This document shows positions 45,964-55,805 of a stretch of DNA of 64,000 nucleotides, piece by piece. The notes beneath the pieces are model-generated. The model made no database searches and had not been told where the DNA came from. It saw only the letters and a program-made list of their open reading frames with translations. The number at the start of each line of letters is the position of its first letter. The stretch's first letter is position 1. A program made the position numbers and the translations under genes. This DNA is from Candidatus Dojkabacteria bacterium (GTDB lineage Bacteria; Patescibacteriota; Dojkabacteria; B142; OLB20). Location: the NCBI GenBank assembly GCA_030583785.1, contig CP129475.1, forward strand, positions 25,941 through 89,940. The letters are read 5' to 3'.

Positions 45964-46620
45964 GTGGCACTTCTGCAATCCATACTTCAAAATAAACGAG
46001 TTTTAATATCTTTAGGCTTATTGCTTGCGGTCTATTTGCTTCTGTTATTCATCTTCCGTGAGTATGGAATTTCGCGAGAACAAATTAATTCCTTTCTTGC
46101 GCCATTAGGTTATTGGGGTTTGCTGGCTGCGTTTCTCATACAGATATTAACTTCGATGACTCCTTTGCCCGACGCACCTCTAGCTTTTGCGACTATGATT
46201 CTTTACGGACCTTATATCGGATCTATCACAATCTTTGTTGCAATGTTAATTGCGACCGCAATCAATTATATGATCGCGCATAAGCTAGGAAAAAAGTATA
46301 TCCTTAGACGATTTCCACAGACAGCAGGTTATCTAAACAACTATGGACAAAACGCATCAGTAGAATCACTTGTTTTGCTTCGCTTTTTCTCGTTTCTGAC
46401 ATTTGATATTGTCTCCTATATTGCCGCTCTTTCTGGGGTGAGCTTCTCGAAATTCATGTTTAGCTCCGTTATTGGTCTGATCCCGTTAGTTATTTCTCAC
46501 GCTCTAGTTTCACAGGGGCTTTTTGCAAGTAGCCCCTTGGAGCTTCTTGTACTTTGGAGCATTCCAGCCTTGATTTTACTCAGTGCATCTGTGGCCAGAA
46601 GAATTCTGCAAGGCAGATAG
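45964..46620 (+). CDS. DedA/TVP38-family membrane protein
   Basis: YWGLLAAFLIQILTSMTPLPDAPLAFATMILYG...IAHKLGKKY matches the DedA core (re-entrant loops with the conserved G..P and F/Y..R/K). Confidence 0.5.
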   Translation: MALLQSILQNKRVLISLGLLLAVYLLLLFIFREYGISREQINSFLAPLGYWGLLAAFLIQILTSMTPLPDAPLAFATMILYGPYIGSITIFVAMLIATAINYMIAHKLGKKYILRRFPQTAGYLNNYGQNASVESLVLLRFFSFLTFDIVSYIAALSGVSFSKFMFSSVIGLIPLVISHALVSQGLFASSPLELLVLWSIPALILLSASVARRILQGR

Positions 46621-46696
46621 AACTAGACAATAGTTTTCCCATATGACTATAATAGAGTTACTGTTCCAGTAATAGATTTTTTTTTAATATTCGCTC

Positions 46697-47158
46697 ATGT
46701 TCGGAGATTTAAATCGTGCAGAAATAATTGGAAACATTACCAATGATTTACAGGTAAAATACACTGGTAACGGCAATGCAGTCTGTTCCTTTAGCGTGGC
46801 GACAAATCGTAGTTATAGAGTCGATGATACCTGGAAAGACGAAACGACCTTCCATAACCTAGTAGTTTGGGGTAATCAGGCAGAACAACTTGCACAGAGA
46901 GCTCGCAAAGGAACACGCATATTTGCCAGCGGACGCCTGCAAACCAGAAACTGGGAAGATGCTGAAGGCAAAAAAAATTATCGGACAGAAATTGTTACGG
47001 ATAATGTCATATTGCTAGATCGATACGAAAGAGGCAAGTCAGAAACCCTGTCTTCAAGCTCATCCCATGAATCAGGTGAAAGTCCAAAAGCTTCACCTAT
47101 CAAAAAGAAGGATTCTAAACCCGAAGCAGTTATTGATCCGGACGATTTGCCATTTTAG
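46697..47158 (+). CDS. ssb: Single-stranded DNA-binding protein
   Basis: OB-fold NRAEIIGNITNDLQVKYTGNG...FHNLVVWGNQAEQLAQRARKGTRIFASGRLQTRNWED, a Gly/Ser/Glu-rich linker, and the acidic C-terminal tip DPDDLPF. Confidence 0.8.
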   Translation: MFGDLNRAEIIGNITNDLQVKYTGNGNAVCSFSVATNRSYRVDDTWKDETTFHNLVVWGNQAEQLAQRARKGTRIFASGRLQTRNWEDAEGKKNYRTEIVTDNVILLDRYERGKSETLSSSSSHESGESPKASPIKKKDSKPEAVIDPDDLPF

Positions 47159-47176
47159 TTACCGAGTAAAATCGCT

Positions 47177-48889
47177 ATGAAGTATTCCCAACTATTCGGA
47201 AAACCGAAAAAAGACGCTAAAGCTTACGATACAAAGAACGCCACTTATCTAATCAAAGGCGGATTCGTCGATCAAACCATGTCTGGGGTGTATAAATATC
47301 TCCCGCTAGGCTTAAAGGTGCTCAATAAGATTGAACAAATTGTTCGCCAAGAAATGGATAAGATCTCACAAGAAATGCTTCTCAGTGCCTTATCTCCTCG
47401 TGAACTATGGGAAACAACAAATCGAGCCGAAATTGATGTGCTTTTTAAAGTCAGAGGTGCCAATGAAGCGTCGCGAATGCAAAATGACAGTACATATATT
47501 CTTAATCCAACTCACGAAGATAATATTACTCCGCTTGTGCAAAGGTTTGCCAAGAGTTATAAAGAATTCCCAATTGCCTTGTATCAAATTCAGAACAAAT
47601 TCAGAAACGAAGCAAGGGCAAAATCAGGGGTGCTTAGAGGTAGAGAATTCCGCATGAAGGATTTATATAGCTTTCATACAAACCTTGAAGACCTAATGGA
47701 CTATTACGAAATAGCCAAGCAAGCCTATGTTAGAGTATTTGAAAGACTAGGAATAGGTGACTCTACAGTTATTGCTCTTGCTAGTGGAGGCGATTTCACT
47801 GAAAACTATTCTCACGAATTTCAAACCTTCTGTGATGCCGGCGAAGACACAATCTTTTTTGATGAGACAGAAAACATCTGGTACAACAGAGAGGTCACAC
47901 CTGCAAAAGCACCAGCTTATAAATACGATACAGAAATGAAGCCTCGTAAGGATGTATTTGGCGAAAACATCGTAAGTGTAGAAAAGTTAGTTGAGTTTCT
48001 AAAAATCCCCATTGAAACAACTATTAAAACCCTGATCTACACATCTAAAGATCAAATCTATGCAGTAGCAGTTCGCGGTGATTACGAGGTAGATGAAGGA
48101 AAACTTAAAAAGGTGACAGGTAAGAAAGATCTGCAACTTGCAGATGCCAAAACAATAAAACAGATTACTGGCGCAGAAGTGGGCTATGCGGGTATTCTTG
48201 ATTTACCAGAATCTGTAGAAGTGATCTGCGACGAAGCTCTATCTGACATGGTCAACTTCGAAGTTGGTGCCAACAAAACAAACTATCACACGGTTAACGC
48301 CAATTGGGGAAGGGATATCACAAAACCAAGTCAATTCTTCGATATCAAAGTTGCCAAGGATACAGATCTCAATCCAAAAACAGGTAAACCTTACCAAATC
48401 AAGAAGGCAGCTGAGGTGGGGAATATCTTTCCTCTCGAAACAAAATTCTCAAAAGCCTTCAATTTTAAATATGTCACAGATAAAGGTAAAGAAGAATTTG
48501 TCTATATGGGAAGCTATGGCATAGGTACAACCAGACTTGTAGGAGTTATTGCAGAAATTATGAGTGACGATAAGGGTCTTGTCTGGCCTAAACAGGTAGC
48601 ACCGTATCAGGTGCATTTAATTTCACTTGGTAAGAAATCAGAAGAATCTTATCTGAAAGCAGAGGAACTATATCAAAACCTTAAAAGCAAGGGTATAGAT
48701 ATCCTTTGGGACGATAGAGAGGACGCCAGCGCTGGTGAAAAGTTTGCAGATGCAGATCTAATTGGTGTTCCGACTCGACTTGTCTTAAGTAAAAAAACTC
48801 TAGCAGCAGAAAGCGTTGAGCTTAAACAAAGAACTGATAACGATTCAAAAATGGTTAAGTTAGATCAGATTCTCGAATTTGATTTTTAA
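47177..48889 (+). CDS. proS: Prolyl-tRNA synthetase (bacterial type)
   Basis: The N-terminus MKYSQLFGKPKKDAKAYDTKNATYLIKGGFVDQTMSGVYKYLPLGLKVLNKIE is canonical ProRS. Class II motifs 2 and 3 and the anticodon-binding domain are present, and the 570-aa length fits. Confidence 0.85.
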   Translation: MKYSQLFGKPKKDAKAYDTKNATYLIKGGFVDQTMSGVYKYLPLGLKVLNKIEQIVRQEMDKISQEMLLSALSPRELWETTNRAEIDVLFKVRGANEASRMQNDSTYILNPTHEDNITPLVQRFAKSYKEFPIALYQIQNKFRNEARAKSGVLRGREFRMKDLYSFHTNLEDLMDYYEIAKQAYVRVFERLGIGDSTVIALASGGDFTENYSHEFQTFCDAGEDTIFFDETENIWYNREVTPAKAPAYKYDTEMKPRKDVFGENIVSVEKLVEFLKIPIETTIKTLIYTSKDQIYAVAVRGDYEVDEGKLKKVTGKKDLQLADAKTIKQITGAEVGYAGILDLPESVEVICDEALSDMVNFEVGANKTNYHTVNANWGRDITKPSQFFDIKVAKDTDLNPKTGKPYQIKKAAEVGNIFPLETKFSKAFNFKYVTDKGKEEFVYMGSYGIGTTRLVGVIAEIMSDDKGLVWPKQVAPYQVHLISLGKKSEESYLKAEELYQNLKSKGIDILWDDREDASAGEKFADADLIGVPTRLVLSKKTLAAESVELKQRTDNDSKMVKLDQILEFDF

Positions 48890-49368
48890 TCTTCTTCCTG
48901 ACCGTCACCTTCGTATCTTGAAGGATCACTGTCATCAGCTTGATTTGGTGTGGACGGTTCATTTGTTCCGCCTTCGGGAACTGTTTGTTGTCTAACCCTA
49001 GACTCATAGAGTTCTTGTTCAGCTCTTTTTAATTCTTCTGCATCTTCAATGTTTTTTTCCAGCTCAGGAGAGCCTACATCGAGCATGGTTCCAAAGAAGG
49101 AAAATTGCACACGGGGATCGTTTTCCCAGTCTTCTCGACCTGTTAGGGTTCTAAAGTAATCATCAATATCTGCCAGATCCTCTTTAGTAGGAGTATTGTT
49201 AAATCTGACATCATAACTATTTGTCTGTTGCGAGAGCGTAATTTTGTAACTTTCTTTTTCGATGACGATAACTTCTCTGGTTGCCAGAAGGTAGACAACG
49301 ATAACAACAAACAATAGAAACACACCAATAATAAATATCCTTTTAAAGTTAATTGCGTTAATTTTCAT
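48886..49368 (-). CDS. Membrane-anchored protein with an acidic C-terminus, hypothetical
   Basis: N-terminal TM IFIIGVFLLFVVIVVYLLAT. The C-terminal 40 aa are rich in D/E/Q. It overlaps the proS stop by 4 nt on the opposite strand. Confidence 0.4.
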   Translation of the reverse strand: MKINAINFKRIFIIGVFLLFVVIVVYLLATREVIVIEKESYKITLSQQTNSYDVRFNNTPTKEDLADIDDYFRTLTGREDWENDPRVQFSFFGTMLDVGSPELEKNIEDAEELKRAEQELYESRVRQQTVPEGGTNEPSTPNQADDSDPSRYEGDGQEED

Positions 49369-49385
49369 AAAGAATCATTAATAAA

Positions 49386-52300
49386 CTATTGTCCCATCTC
49401 TGCGCAGGACGAACCGAACAATTGACATATTACTTCGTTAGGTACAGTCGGCTTCTTCGCTTTTCTGGAGAAATCGTTGTCGTTCAAAATACCACTTGCT
49501 CCGTAACAGTATCTTTTTCCATCGGCTGCAGTAGCTAGATTGCTCGATGCGTTCCAGCTATGGGCGAATGTACTAACATGAGATGATCCCGTTGCCGTAG
49601 ACGGAGGTGCAGCTGCATTGCAGCCAAGCAACTGTCCATATAGTAAATAAGGATCGACATCCATCTCAACACCATTGTGTGTGTAGTTGGCTAGTATATG
49701 AATATGAGCATTATTAACCGAGTAAACTCCGCCTTTAAAGTTACCATCTTTATCGGATTTATTGACAGTAACATATCCGATCAATTGCCCGACATTTACT
49801 TCTTTACCTTCAGCAGCCTCTGGTAATCTTCTGTTAACTGCTAAATGCTGAATGTGGTACTTGATTCCAGACCTTCCCTGCAAAATTATGATATCGCCGT
49901 AACCACCATCGTACCTGCGAAGAATTCTGCCGGCCTCTGGTGCAACAACTCGAAGTTTGGCATCAGATAAATCTGGGTTAGGATCACTATCTGAATTAAT
50001 TGGCCATGGATTTAAGTCTATCGGCAGTCCTCTGTTTTGGAAATGTGTAAACCATCCATAAGGACCCTGAAAACAAGAGTGTCCCGCTGGTGATGTCATA
50101 GGGCAGGTTGTGCCGGGTGCTCTTCCTGTAATAGGAGTTTCTATGTCAGTTCCCGGTCCTTCTTCAACTAAACATTCAATAACAGTAGCATCTGTCAAAT
50201 TGTCTCTAGCCCAAGTACCCAGTCTCGCTACATTTTCACAATAGGCCTTACCGTTGCAACTGGCTCGGTTATAGTACCAGGCACGGCCTGCGTAGACCAT
50301 GTCATTTGCAGTCCAAGATTCAGCTGGAATATAGTCAGGGTAGGCAACACCATCGTAAAAGTTGCGTTGAAATCTTGCTGCTTCTCCAAGATCTATTGCT
50401 GTGGCGCATATAACATCACCAATTCTGTGGCGACTAAAATTGTTTTTGTAGTAATCTCTAAGTGCAGGATCAGCTACATTGTCGTAGTATGTTCCGCCAA
50501 CTTGACCGGGTATTTCTTGCCCTCTACTTCTATCGACACCAAGAAAGTCCATACATGCTTCAAGAAGCTCTCTAGTGTTATCACGATCACCGGGACGACT
50601 CCATAATGGTCTGTTATCGACTATTCTTTTAAATCTTTCTGGCATATGCTGTCCGAGTCCTTTGCCATATGTATCTACGGGATGAGCATCTGCCCAAAGT
50701 GTTAATTGATTCGGATCGCCACCACAGGTATCAGCAAATATTGTATAGTCAGGCGCATCACTTTTAATAGTTTGCACAGTTACTCTGCCTCGATACCATT
50801 CTGCATAGGTGTCAACACATCTATGTCTTGTCTCAAAATTAAATATGGTCCAAGGAATATACCAAGGTATTCTAGAGCCTCCTCCTTGTGAATTGATAAA
50901 ATTAACTGCTTTTTGAACTAAGCTGGTGAAGTCATCACCTGATCCAGGGATTAGAGAACAACATTCGTCTGCAGGGCTAACCGGATCGATAGGTGAAGTT
51001 GATCCTGTTGCCGATAAGAGTATGGTAGCCGGATCGATGTAGTCCCTTCCACCTGCTGCGGTCTCTTTATACAGAGTGAAATGAAGGTGTCGACCTGTTG
51101 AGTTACCGGATGTACCCATAATTCCGAGTTTTGTACCTTTTGTTATTGTTGAGTTTAGTTTTACACCGCTTTCTACGGTTGCCAAATGAGCATAAAGGCT
51201 ATATACAGAGCTTCCATCGGTGAGTACATGTTTGATTTTTATATAGTTGCCATACCCTGAGCCACATGTGCTTCCTACAGATCCCTGAGCAGGGCAATTA
51301 TCAACTTTGTCTACTACTGTGCCGTCTGCAACTGCAACAATAGAAGGATCGCTATTATTAATTGTTACAAGATCTACACCGTTATGGTATTTACCAAGTT
51401 CTGGGTAATTATAATTTGTTGGACCAGTATATCCCCCAGAAATCTGATAACCGCCATTTCTAAACTGATTCACACAGGTGTTATATACAGTCTGACTATC
51501 TGTCGCTCCATAACAGTGAGACATAATAATCGAACCTTTTGCTGCTACCAATGGGCTACCAAAATCTTCAAGATTAACCTGCGGAGCTGGTTTTCCACCT
51601 GTTGCAGGATTAATGCATTGGTTTATTCCAGGTACAAAATTACTTGTTCTTGGTTGTTTAAATCCTCCACCAGAAGTTAACGGATCGGTTGTCCTATCCG
51701 CAAAAAGCCATTCCTCTAGTGGATCTACTTCACTTTGATCTCTAGCAATACAATCACATTGACCTTTGGGACTTCCGTCTGGACAATCACAATCACAAAA
51801 ATCGATAATAATCTTACCAGTCTCGGTATTTCTAAGATTTAGAGATCCGCACTGTGCTTCGCGAACATTCTTGAATGATTTTCCTGTGTCGTAAGTGTCG
51901 ACATTTGTGAGAAAAACACTTATTCTTTCAAGCATTCTAGGGATTTGTCCAAGCCAAGGATAATAGTAATACAGATCTACTGCGGATACATCTTTTTCTT
52001 CACCCAGAGGATCAATAAACTTTGCCAAACGATAATCTCCTTCGTAGACAGGAAGATATTTTTCTGGCTCAGAAAGATTGCTAATATATTCTCTAAGAAA
52101 ATGATCGGGTATGTTTTCGATATCAAAATCTGAATCTGGGTTTTCAAATAGCTTTAAGTTATATTTAAGAACCTCAGCCAATAGGTCACCCTCAAGTCTT
52201 TTAGCTGGATCGTATGAAGATCGGTTATTTTTGGTGTAGTCAGATTTGCTCTGAGTCATTTGCAGGTCATAGACTCTAAGCCCCCATTCAGTTGTTAATC

Positions 52301-54956
52301 CAGAGTTAACATTATGAATGATTTTGTATGGACTGTTGATTCTTTCCAGTTGGTATACTAGGTATAGGTATCTTGACAGTCCTATTAAATCGGTTGCCTG
52401 ATAACCATTTCTTACCCAGCGCATATGTGGGTCACCACCTACCGAATCGACTTGCTTGTTGAGTCCTCTGCAAGCTCGATAAATGCTGTCAATACTTGTT
52501 GAACAAGTTGTTTGAACTCCGCAAATGTCTACAAAAGGAATGACTTCACCGCTCCAAGGAACTGTATCTCCGGGACAGAATGAGACAGAATACGAGCTTC
52601 CCGGAGCTTGTCTGGAAACTCTGGACACGAAGCCGGCCGTAATTGCATCTGGATAGGATTCTCCGCCGGGGAGATCATAGTATTCGCGAAGTCTGTCATT
52701 TTGATCTGGTAATTGACATCTAGCTCCAGTAGTTTTTATCTGAACTTGTCTATCGTTCTCTTGAACTTGGACAGCAATTCCAAATTGAGCATCGCAAAGT
52801 TGGTTTTCGGTAATTTCGTAATTCCAATCATCTTCGATCAAGTATTCATATGGACCAGAGGTGTCGTCGTTGACAAACTTCATCGATTTTCCGTCTAGCT
52901 GTCTAAAGCTATTAATTCCCTTACCTGGAATTCTGGAGCAGTATATTTCGTCGGGGATTGTCTCTCCTTCGACATTTGCTCCTTGAGAAAAGAAACTAAA
53001 CAGTTTTTTAAGAAAACTAACCAGCACATTGTCGTTAATGTTTTCTGGGGCAAGTGTAGCTCCACCTGCATTTTTTAAGTTCTGTGTTGATAAAGGATGT
53101 ATGCGCATATCGAAAGTATCTATGGGATCAGATACTACTTCGTTCCAGCTAAGGATTCCGCAAGCCGAAGCGCCACCAAGAAGAGGTGTTTTAATATTTA
53201 CAGCACTTGATTCATTAGTACGAATAAATCTTGCCAGACCAGGAAACTCACTGGTAAAGAAGAGCTCAAAGGGAGATTGGGTCCCGTTCGTTTTTTGATA
53301 TAGATAATATGGATGAGTAATGTTTCTAAAACTTAAGGTTTTACAATAAGGAGTGTAGGGATTAGCATCAGTTTTCTCTGATGTTGCTAGAAATGAGATG
53401 AGAGGGAATTCACGCATTCCTCCGGTATATGCAAATCCTGCAGTCCAGTTTTTTTCATCTGCACAAATTTGCTGATAAGGTTTACTGTCAGCGCTGTTAG
53501 TCTGGAATCCAGTTGGGTGATTCGGATCACATGAGTTAAGATCAAGCCAAACTTGAAGTTTACCATTAGGCGATAAAGATTCTCGTTCGGTATCTGAGCT
53601 TTGTAAGAGTAAACCATTTATTGTTTTTGGTTGTACTTCACAACTTCGCATTGTCCAATGTGTAGGCAGTTCGAGATGTTCTGCTGTTTGCGGGTCAACC
53701 TGTGCAGCAATGCTCAGATCTTTTGGTTGAGGTAGTTCACGGATATTACACGCCCCAAGAGGACCAAAAATTTGAGCTATGGCATTATCGTCAAGTTCTA
53801 GATTTGACCAGGGGGTTCCATCTGGCAATGTACGATCTCCTCCTTGTCCGAATGCATTAAAGAATAAGGCGAAAACAATTCTTCCGTTTTCTGCTATTGC
53901 CCTCACTTCTTCTGCAAGCATAGAATAGTCTTTCAAAAAATTGCCCATCTCGTTGATTCCCCAAGGCTTACTGTCAGTAAAGACTCTGCCGGCAAGGTCT
54001 ATTGCGGCCATAACATTAGATTCTGGTTGTGTTGGGATTCCGGAATATACATTGAAGGTCCACATGTCTACATGATCATTACCACCGGCATCAACAAACT
54101 TTTGATGACCTTCTGTAAAGATTGCTCCACCATCGGCAAAAATATTGTATGTCGGACCAGAAATTACAATATTTGCAGCATGATCAGATCTCCTGACAAC
54201 TTCGGCAAAACAACGATGAAAATCTGCAGCTTTTGTGAAACGATCCATCATAGGTGTATTCACATTCCCTAGAAACCAGGATTCTGAATTGATCTCGTTT
54301 AGTGGTGCAGCAACAAACTTAATTCCTGGTGCTTGATCTGCAACTTCTAAAGTTGCATTACCTGCTGCTCGCCCTGCACTACAAGCATCTGTAATACCAG
54401 CCGTTCCAACTTTGATTTCGCAATCGGGCGGTAGGCCTCTTTCTCCGTCAACTCTGCCATCGCTTCCTTGATTTGTATCTCCATAACAATACCTATATAC
54501 GCCTGTCAGACCACTTGTTTTCAATGCTTCTGATGCAACCCCTGAGTGAACTGGTCCTTGTAGAGTATGAAGATAATACTTCATGCCCCATTCCAAGATT
54601 TTTCCGTAGTTATCGCTTTGTAGCGGTTCAGTTAGTAAGTTGACGCCAAATTTATCGCAAACAGCTACAGCTCCGTCATTGCTACTTGGAGTCCCTGTCG
54701 GAGATGTGGTTGGATTTGCCTGAGCAATATTTTGTTGCAGGATTCTGGCAATAATGCTTTCTTCACTACCAATAAGTCTTTCTGGTTCAATTTCATTTCC
54801 AGAAAAGGAATCATTGCCAATCGATATTGTTGTTCTAGTGATTGAGAATAATATTCCAAAAGCGGCAACAGAAACTACCACAACTAGCATTAAAGCCTGT
54901 GGTCGTTTATATAGTTCAATTAAAGCCGTTTTAATCTTCAGCAATGTCATCTGCAT
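49386..54956 (-). CDS. Giant (1856 aa) membrane-anchored surface protein with a GH clan-A-like region and two M23 (LytM-type) peptidase domains
   Basis: N-terminal TM LMLVVVVSVAAFGILFSI. AAPLNEINSES and ~110 aa later WGINEMGNF (a clan-A acid/base and nucleophile-like pair). First M23: YHNGVDL...YAHL...GRHLHFTLY (HxxxD...HxH) at nt ~51060-51420. Second M23-like: GYGDIIILQGRSGIKYHIQHL...NNAHIHILA at nt ~49680-50100. Cys-rich segments are present, including CDCDCPDGSPKGQCDC. Confidence 0.6.
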   Translation of the reverse strand: MQMTLLKIKTALIELYKRPQALMLVVVVSVAAFGILFSITRTTISIGNDSFSGNEIEPERLIGSEESIIARILQQNIAQANPTTSPTGTPSSNDGAVAVCDKFGVNLLTEPLQSDNYGKILEWGMKYYLHTLQGPVHSGVASEALKTSGLTGVYRYCYGDTNQGSDGRVDGERGLPPDCEIKVGTAGITDACSAGRAAGNATLEVADQAPGIKFVAAPLNEINSESWFLGNVNTPMMDRFTKAADFHRCFAEVVRRSDHAANIVISGPTYNIFADGGAIFTEGHQKFVDAGGNDHVDMWTFNVYSGIPTQPESNVMAAIDLAGRVFTDSKPWGINEMGNFLKDYSMLAEEVRAIAENGRIVFALFFNAFGQGGDRTLPDGTPWSNLELDDNAIAQIFGPLGACNIRELPQPKDLSIAAQVDPQTAEHLELPTHWTMRSCEVQPKTINGLLLQSSDTERESLSPNGKLQVWLDLNSCDPNHPTGFQTNSADSKPYQQICADEKNWTAGFAYTGGMREFPLISFLATSEKTDANPYTPYCKTLSFRNITHPYYLYQKTNGTQSPFELFFTSEFPGLARFIRTNESSAVNIKTPLLGGASACGILSWNEVVSDPIDTFDMRIHPLSTQNLKNAGGATLAPENINDNVLVSFLKKLFSFFSQGANVEGETIPDEIYCSRIPGKGINSFRQLDGKSMKFVNDDTSGPYEYLIEDDWNYEITENQLCDAQFGIAVQVQENDRQVQIKTTGARCQLPDQNDRLREYYDLPGGESYPDAITAGFVSRVSRQAPGSSYSVSFCPGDTVPWSGEVIPFVDICGVQTTCSTSIDSIYRACRGLNKQVDSVGGDPHMRWVRNGYQATDLIGLSRYLYLVYQLERINSPYKIIHNVNSGLTTEWGLRVYDLQMTQSKSDYTKNNRSSYDPAKRLEGDLLAEVLKYNLKLFENPDSDFDIENIPDHFLREYISNLSEPEKYLPVYEGDYRLAKFIDPLGEEKDVSAVDLYYYYPWLGQIPRMLERISVFLTNVDTYDTGKSFKNVREAQCGSLNLRNTETGKIIIDFCDCDCPDGSPKGQCDCIARDQSEVDPLEEWLFADRTTDPLTSGGGFKQPRTSNFVPGINQCINPATGGKPAPQVNLEDFGSPLVAAKGSIIMSHCYGATDSQTVYNTCVNQFRNGGYQISGGYTGPTNYNYPELGKYHNGVDLVTINNSDPSIVAVADGTVVDKVDNCPAQGSVGSTCGSGYGNYIKIKHVLTDGSSVYSLYAHLATVESGVKLNSTITKGTKLGIMGTSGNSTGRHLHFTLYKETAAGGRDYIDPATILLSATGSTSPIDPVSPADECCSLIPGSGDDFTSLVQKAVNFINSQGGGSRIPWYIPWTIFNFETRHRCVDTYAEWYRGRVTVQTIKSDAPDYTIFADTCGGDPNQLTLWADAHPVDTYGKGLGQHMPERFKRIVDNRPLWSRPGDRDNTRELLEACMDFLGVDRSRGQEIPGQVGGTYYDNVADPALRDYYKNNFSRHRIGDVICATAIDLGEAARFQRNFYDGVAYPDYIPAESWTANDMVYAGRAWYYNRASCNGKAYCENVARLGTWARDNLTDATVIECLVEEGPGTDIETPITGRAPGTTCPMTSPAGHSCFQGPYGWFTHFQNRGLPIDLNPWPINSDSDPNPDLSDAKLRVVAPEAGRILRRYDGGYGDIIILQGRSGIKYHIQHLAVNRRLPEAAEGKEVNVGQLIGYVTVNKSDKDGNFKGGVYSVNNAHIHILANYTHNGVEMDVDPYLLYGQLLGCNAAAPPSTATGSSHVSTFAHSWNASSNLATAADGKRYCYGASGILNDNDFSRKAKKPTVPNEVICQLFGSSCAEMGQ

Positions 54957-55031
54957 TGTTTTATTCTAAAAGAAAAAGAAGCATATTGAAAGAAATTAAC
55001 ACTTTATAAATGCTCATATTTGCGTTAAACT

Positions 55032-55733
55032 TTGCCATATAGAATGATTAAGATGCCAGCAATAAATCTTGACGATTACGGAGGAGCAAATGCATTTTCA
55101 TGGACACATGAATACCTTCAAAACTATCTTACAAACGGCAAGCACCGAATAATAAAACGACCTCTTCTAAAAAATGCCTTTTCCCAGATTCATAGATCAG
55201 ATTTTGTCCTAAAAGAATTTGAGGCGTTTAGTAATGAAGATCGCGAACTCGATATCGGTTATGGCGAAGTCATTAATAAACCGACTGTCATTGCAGAAAT
55301 ACTAGAACTTTTATCGATTAAACTTGGCGGTAAATATCTTGACATCGGAACAGGTTCGGGCTATGTGGCTGCACTGCTTGGAATGTCTGTCGGTGACGAC
55401 GGCATAGTTTACTCATTAGAAAGAATACAATTCTTAGCAGATATTGCCCGTATTAACTTGAGCAAGTATCCAGATCTTCAAAATGTAAAAATTCTATTTA
55501 GAGATGGAAGCAACGGCTTCTCTGATTACGCACCCTATGATGGAATACATATTGCAACCGCTTTCGACGAAGTACCTAAAAGCATACTTGTTCAACTAAA
55601 GATCGGCGGAAAGCTTGTTATGCCGACTACCTTTAATGACATCAGGCTTTATGAAAGGATCGGTGAAGACGATTTTGAAGAAACAGTTATTGAAGGTTAT
55701 AAATTTGACCCAATGCAGAAGGGTGTTGAATAG
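55032..55733 (+). CDS. pcm: Protein-L-isoaspartate O-methyltransferase
   Basis: SAM motif I YLDIGTGSGYVAALL. The post-I and motif II/III spacing and GKLVMP match PIMT. Confidence 0.7.
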   Translation: MPYRMIKMPAINLDDYGGANAFSWTHEYLQNYLTNGKHRIIKRPLLKNAFSQIHRSDFVLKEFEAFSNEDRELDIGYGEVINKPTVIAEILELLSIKLGGKYLDIGTGSGYVAALLGMSVGDDGIVYSLERIQFLADIARINLSKYPDLQNVKILFRDGSNGFSDYAPYDGIHIATAFDEVPKSILVQLKIGGKLVMPTTFNDIRLYERIGEDDFEETVIEGYKFDPMQKGVE

Positions 55734-55805
55734 TTAGCAGTCTAGTCTCAAGATTGACAATTATGATATATTTATCTCGATCAATAGTTATTATTTCCAA
55801 GCAGT

